IMG/VR virus record: IMGVR_UViG_3300012232_000019
Span: 1 to 48,151 of that record
Strand: one strand, 5' to 3'
DNA length: 48,151 nt
DNA from: a virus
Taxonomy: Duplodnaviria > Caudoviricetes
Shown here: positions 44,594 to 48,151 of the stretch, in pieces
Layout: each line of letters opens with the position of its first letter
Position numbering within the stretch: the first letter of the stretch is position 1
Notes under the pieces: generated by a model
The model's database searches: none
The model's input: the letters and a program-made list of their open reading frames with translations, nothing else
What the model was told of the DNA's origin: nothing
Position numbers and translations under genes: made by a program

Positions 44594-44854
44594 ATGGCAA
44601 AGACGAAGGAATCGTTGAAGGTAGGCAAGAAGATGAGGGTCGTAGAAATCCCTCGCGCCAAGGGCAAGTCGTATCCCCGCACCACCCCACAGCGTCAGGC
44701 CTCGACCGAGGCAGTCAACCGCACCGTCGAGTTCCTCATGGGAGTGGGATTCGATCGTGAGTCAGCCCTCCTCAGCATCGCCGCCCAGCTGCACGAGTCG
44801 CTGGTCGCGGTGAAGCTCTACAACGACAACAAGCGCTCGAAGGGAGGCAAGTAG
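44594..44854 (+). CDS. early hypothetical protein
   Basis: AAAGGAG RBS; first gene after the promoter. Confidence 0.75.
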   Translation: MAKTKESLKVGKKMRVVEIPRAKGKSYPRTTPQRQASTEAVNRTVEFLMGVGFDRESALLSIAAQLHESLVAVKLYNDNKRSKGGK

Positions 44855-45016
44855 ATGTTCGCTCGATACCGCATCCTCTGGACCTCAGGCGAGCAGAAGG
44901 TCAACCGAGACTTTCACAACCGCCAGCAGGCCATCCTGTTCCTCAATCATCTGATTCTGGACTGTGGGGCGCACGACGCTCGGCTGCGAGTCCTCCGACC
45001 GAAAGGAGGCAAGTGA
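44855..45016 (+). CDS. small early protein (53 aa)
   Basis: GGAGG RBS; MFARYRILWTSGEQKVNRDFHNRQQAILFL... Confidence 0.65.
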   Translation: MFARYRILWTSGEQKVNRDFHNRQQAILFLNHLILDCGAHDARLRVLRPKGGK

Positions 45017-45282
45017 TGAAGCACCTCACAGACGAACGCATCATCAAGAACAACCGCATCGTCAAGCGCGTGTGGGTGAGGGGGCTGGATGGCAAACGAG
45101 TCATCCTCTCCCAGGGCAAGCGGGTTCCGAAGGACTTCCCCCTGAGTCAGCTGGCCCGTATCGCGTATGTCAAGCGTGGTGCAATCGGGTGCGCGGTTCA
45201 GATTCGGAAAGAGCAGCCCGAACTGAGCCTCCGCCAGATTGTGGACCTCATCAAGAGCGCCACGGGAACGGGTGGCCTCTGA
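45013..45282 (+). CDS. early hypothetical protein
   Basis: AAGGAGG RBS; coupled to its neighbours. Confidence 0.7.
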   Translation: MMKHLTDERIIKNNRIVKRVWVRGLDGKRVILSQGKRVPKDFPLSQLARIAYVKRGAIGCAVQIRKEQPELSLRQIVDLIKSATGTGGL

Positions 45283-45428
45283 TGACCATCACCCTCAAGG
45301 ACGGTAGTAAGGTCGAGTGTGGACGCACGCTCATGTTCACGGGGACGAATGCAGTTATCCTCGGGCCAGACAAGACCTGGACTCGGATTCCAACCTCAGA
45401 GATTGCCAATATCACGGAGAGCAAATAA
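45282..45428 (+). CDS. small early protein (48 aa)
   Basis: TGATG coupling; MTITLKDGSKVECG... small beta-barrel-like sequence. Confidence 0.6.
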   Translation: MTITLKDGSKVECGRTLMFTGTNAVILGPDKTWTRIPTSEIANITESK

Positions 45429-45577
45429 TGACACAGAGTGCATACATCGACGTTCGCGGTCCTCACCCGGTCTACGTGAAGGGGATGACGGCCATCCTCC
45501 TCGAAGGCCACGCGAGGACCATCACGGTTGCCGTCGCCGAAGACCTCATCAAGTTCGGCTTTCTGAGGCAGCGATGA
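45428..45577 (+). CDS. small early protein (49 aa)
   Basis: GGAG RBS; TAATG coupling. Confidence 0.6.
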   Translation: MTQSAYIDVRGPHPVYVKGMTAILLEGHARTITVAVAEDLIKFGFLRQR

Positions 45578-45804
45578 GTAACCGAAGCATCTACGTCAAG
45601 GCCAAGGACGAGGCCGTCTGGAACGCTGCCAAGGCCAAGGCCAAGCTCCTCGGAGTCTCCATGAGCAAGGTTATCGAAACCGGCCTCAGGGAGTGGGTCA
45701 AGAAGCGCGAGAGGGATATGGCGCTGGGCCTGTGGGCACCTCCGAACGAGGCACAGGCCGAGGGTCGTCTGAAGCGCATCGGCTCCAAGACGGAGATTGA
45801 GTAA
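45574..45804 (+). CDS. ribbon-helix-helix-like DNA-binding protein
   Basis: RSIYVK..DEAVWNAAKAKAKLLGVSMSKVIETGLREWV. Confidence 0.7.
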   Translation: MSNRSIYVKAKDEAVWNAAKAKAKLLGVSMSKVIETGLREWVKKRERDMALGLWAPPNEAQAEGRLKRIGSKTEIE

Positions 45805-45998
45805 TGGGCCGCTACGATGTTCGGCCATGCCCATGTGGTTCGGGGCATGTATCAAGTTGGCTTTTTGACTGCAAAGGAATCCCGGTTGCTCGGGTGTGCG
45901 ACATCTGCGAAAGTGCCACCGTGAAGAAATACAATCCCATCATCTTCACAGGCTACACGCAGGCCGACATCGACGAGCAGATTGAGGAAGACGAGTAG
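45804..45998 (+). CDS. small zinc-binding protein
   Basis: CPCGSG...VCDIC; GGAG RBS. Confidence 0.7.
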   Translation: MGRYDVRPCPCGSGHVSSWLFDCKGIPVARVCDICESATVKKYNPIIFTGYTQADIDEQIEEDE

Positions 45999-46007
45999 TC
46001 AGGAAGC

Positions 46008-46084
46008 CGTCGACCGAGCGACGTTAAATAGCCGTTAGGCTCGGTGCGTCCCTTGAGAACCAGATGGGGTCTCAGGGGAGTCGG
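46008..46084 (+). ncRNA. pistol ribozyme
   Basis: P1 CGUCG/CGACG; loop ACCGAG pairs with CUCGGU (pseudoknot); UUAAAUAG linker; P2 CCG/CGG; GCGU; P3 CCCUUGAGA/UCUCAGGGG; G-U cleavage site 46080/46081. Confidence 0.88.
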
Positions 46085-46096
46085 AAAGGAGACAAG

Positions 46097-46180
46097 ATGC
46101 TGAAGTGTCCACGGTGCGGCAGATACCTTCCGGTCTGCACGTGCAAAAAGGTCAAGATTGTTCAGGCGCTGAACAAATAG
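46097..46180 (+). CDS. 27-aa Cys-rich peptide
   Basis: AAAGGAG RBS; MLKCPRCGRYLPVCTCKKVKIVQALNK. Confidence 0.55.
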   Translation: MLKCPRCGRYLPVCTCKKVKIVQALNK

Positions 46181-46192
46181 GAGATGTGAGAG

Positions 46193-47098
46193 ATGACACA
46201 GAGATTCTGCGAAGTGTGTAACGACGAGTTGCCCCTCGATTCCGAGGAAACCATGTGCGACTCGTGCCTCGAAGCTATTGATGCCGAGGTTGAAATCATG
46301 TCGGATGCGATTGATGCCGAGGAGGCAAAGTGCCAGACACCTGTAGCAAGTGCGGAGGCTACCTCATCGAGCGCAACGCCCGACGAGACAAGCACCACGG
46401 ACAAGAGCACGTCAGAGAACTCCGATGCTCCCGCTGTGGCAAGCGATTCGGGGTCAGAAAGCCTGGACTCAGCGATTCCGAGTTCAGAAGCTTCCCCGAA
46501 GCCGACAAAGCCAAAGAAGACTGAGGCTTGCGAGGCTTGCGGGACGCTGGTCGAGACGCTCAAAGCTCTCAAGCATGTCCATGCCAAGGAGCCGTTGATG
46601 CTCTGCGAGACATGCCACGCCAGCGAGACTGCTCTGCTCGAACACGCTAACGACCCGATGCAGGGCAAGGTGGTGCATCCTGATGAGGCAGCTCGCGAAG
46701 AGCTGATGACGATGGATGACGCCGACCGCATCCTCTACAACGAGGAAGTCATGTTGAGCGTCGAGTCCCCGATTGAGCAGGTCTACAATCGCATCGCTCT
46801 GCTCGAAGGCCGGCTCCAGCGGGCGAAACTGCTCTTGAAGGCATCCAAGACCACGCTGTTCATGCGCATCGAGCACATGAAGAAGGACGAACGGGAGGCA
46901 GAGTATCGCCGCCTGAACGAGCGTGACGCTACCAAGCGGCGTCGGACGGCTGCGACATCGGCACCGGGTGTCCCAGGTGAGAAGAAGAAAGCTGCACCGC
47001 GCAAGACCAAGGCGGCAGCTTTCAGGACGCTCATGTCCGCGCAGGGCTTTCCTGATTCGTGGATTGACGAGCAGATTAACAAGATGGGCCTCGAGTAA
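46193..47098 (+). CDS. hypothetical protein with two zinc ribbons and a coiled coil
   Basis: CEVC..CDSC, Ser/Thr linker, CEAC..CETC; AGGAG RBS. Confidence 0.75.
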   Translation: MTQRFCEVCNDELPLDSEETMCDSCLEAIDAEVEIMSDAIDAEEAKCQTPVASAEATSSSATPDETSTTDKSTSENSDAPAVASDSGSESLDSAIPSSEASPKPTKPKKTEACEACGTLVETLKALKHVHAKEPLMLCETCHASETALLEHANDPMQGKVVHPDEAAREELMTMDDADRILYNEEVMLSVESPIEQVYNRIALLEGRLQRAKLLLKASKTTLFMRIEHMKKDEREAEYRRLNERDATKRRRTAATSAPGVPGEKKKAAPRKTKAAAFRTLMSAQGFPDSWIDEQINKMGLE

Positions 47099-47140
47099 TG
47101 CGATACATCAGCATGTGGCTAGGCTTGCAATCTCAAGTCT

Positions 47141-47191
47141 CCAGAAGTGGAGGCAAACTACATAGATTCGGTTTGCCTTACTTCTGGTTTT
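47141..47191 (+). terminator. long hairpin, possible terminator
   Basis: CCAGAAGT..AGGCAAAC / GTTTGCCT.ACTTCTGG followed by TTTT. Confidence 0.5.
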
Positions 47192-47459
47192 GGGTCCAGA
47201 GGCCAATCACGTGGTGGAAGCTTCGGTGAAGACTGAGGTCCATGAGCACGAGTGGCACGACATCGCGTTTGTCGCCAACGTGCCCACTGACAATGGAGAT
47301 AGGCTCGGGTATCACATCCGGGCCTGTCGAGGATGTGGGTGGGCTGCTCCAGACCCAATGGAGAACTACCTCATGGCGACAGACGACCACAAGAGTATGG
47401 TGGAGCACGAGCTGGCCAGTATTGGTATCAGGATGTGCTTCACGGGAGAAGAATCATGA
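47190..47459 (+). CDS. hypothetical protein (start uncertain)
   Basis: HEHEW...CRGCG; its stop overlaps the next ATG. Confidence 0.5.
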   Translation: MGPEANHVVEASVKTEVHEHEWHDIAFVANVPTDNGDRLGYHIRACRGCGWAAPDPMENYLMATDDHKSMVEHELASIGIRMCFTGEES

Positions 47460-47647
47460 CAAGAAAGGAAAGCCATCGACTGATGGAAATCGTCCACAGG
47501 CTACAGGACCTCAAGGTAGCCACGAGCAGAGATGCCGAGCGTCGGCAAGTGCGGGTCAACGTTCACGAGATTCCTGCGCTGAACATGGGTGACGCTGACT
47601 TCCTGCTTGACATCATCCATCGCGAGGTAGCAGACCAAACCTCATAA
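47456..47647 (+). CDS. hypothetical protein (63 aa)
   Basis: GGAG RBS; ATGA overlap. Confidence 0.6.
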   Translation: MTRKESHRLMEIVHRLQDLKVATSRDAERRQVRVNVHEIPALNMGDADFLLDIIHREVADQTS

Positions 47648-47651
47648 CTAC

Positions 47652-47681
47652 TTGACATCGGGCAAACGGATGTGCTATGAT
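47652..47681 (+). promoter_or_regulatory. sigma70-type promoter for the replication operon
   Basis: TTGACA-18 bp-TATGAT with extended -10 TG. Confidence 0.7.
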
Positions 47682-47736
47682 AACTACTGGCAGCCGTTTG
47701 CCCACCCCCTCCACAAGAAAGGCAGAATGACATAGA

Positions 47737-48151
47737 ATGGCTACGATTCACAAGAAATGCGAGGAGTGCGGCAAAGTCGCCAAGGTTAGCTTCGAGATGC
47801 AGCTTGCCTTCGGTCGACTGACCACGTTCGAGTGTGGGCACACTGTCATCGTCAAGGGCATCGAGAACAACGATGTCATCTATCTCAAGTCCCGGACGGG
47901 CAAGGAACTCTTCCCGTTTCAGGCTGAGACCATCAAGTTCATGGAGGAGGCCGCTGGTGTCTGCCTCGTTGGACACGAGATGGCGCTCGGCAAGACGGTG
48001 TGCGCTGCTGGATTCGTAGCGCGCAACAAGGAAGACGCTCTCCCGCTCCTTTATCTCTGCAAGTCGAGCACGAAGATTCAGGTGCTCCGTGAGATGATCG
48101 ATTGGGCTGGTATCGTTGGTCAGGTCATCGACGGCAGCGTTCAGCGTCCTC
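47737..48151 (+). CDS. SNF2-family helicase, N-terminal part
   Basis: CEEC/CGH zinc finger, Q-motif LFPFQ, Walker A variant GHEMALGKT. It runs off the end in frame with base 1. Confidence 0.88.
   Translation, partial: MATIHKKCEECGKVAKVSFEMQLAFGRLTTFECGHTVIVKGIENNDVIYLKSRTGKELFPFQAETIKFMEEAAGVCLVGHEMALGKTVCAAGFVARNKEDALPLLYLCKSSTKIQVLREMIDWAGIVGQVIDGSVQRP

Noticed and set aside
42440-44600. tRNA genes or attP site in the non-coding regions
   Set aside because: No cloverleaf or T-loop consensus was found by eye, and there is no integrase.
47098-47229. 43-codon Trp-rich ORF (MRYISMWLG...)
   Set aside because: It has no clear RBS and spans a strong hairpin. Coding status cannot be supported, though it is not excluded.

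Overview
The window is almost certainly a complete, circularly permuted ~48 kb tailed-phage genome. The last base joins the first in frame to rebuild one SNF2-type helicase gene (47737..48151 + 1..1178). There are two arms. The + strand arm (42.8 kb through the junction to 13.1 kb) holds small early genes and replication genes: helicase, PD-(D/E)XK nuclease, AAA ATPase, SSB-like protein, ParB-methyltransferase, UDG-PolA fusion, DUF3987-like protein and an Acb2/Tad1-like protein. The - strand arm (42.4 kb to 13.1 kb) holds the morphogenesis genes: TerL, portal, scaffold, major capsid, podovirus-like tail and ejection proteins. I could not recognise an integrase, repressor, tRNA or endolysin. 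Main observations: (1) a translationally coupled cassette inside the tail module encoding a protein with ~39 His-x-Asp repeats, a radical SAM/SPASM enzyme with its own HxD tail, and a methyltransferase fusion, a candidate RiPP-like system for modifying a virion protein; (2) two classes of self-cleaving ribozyme (hammerhead and pistol), each directly before a ribosome-binding site in the early region; (3) a phage-borne PEP-CTERM protein and a lipoprotein; (4) a ~440-bp mirror-symmetric iteron region. All assignments come from reading motifs and gene order by eye; no searches were run.
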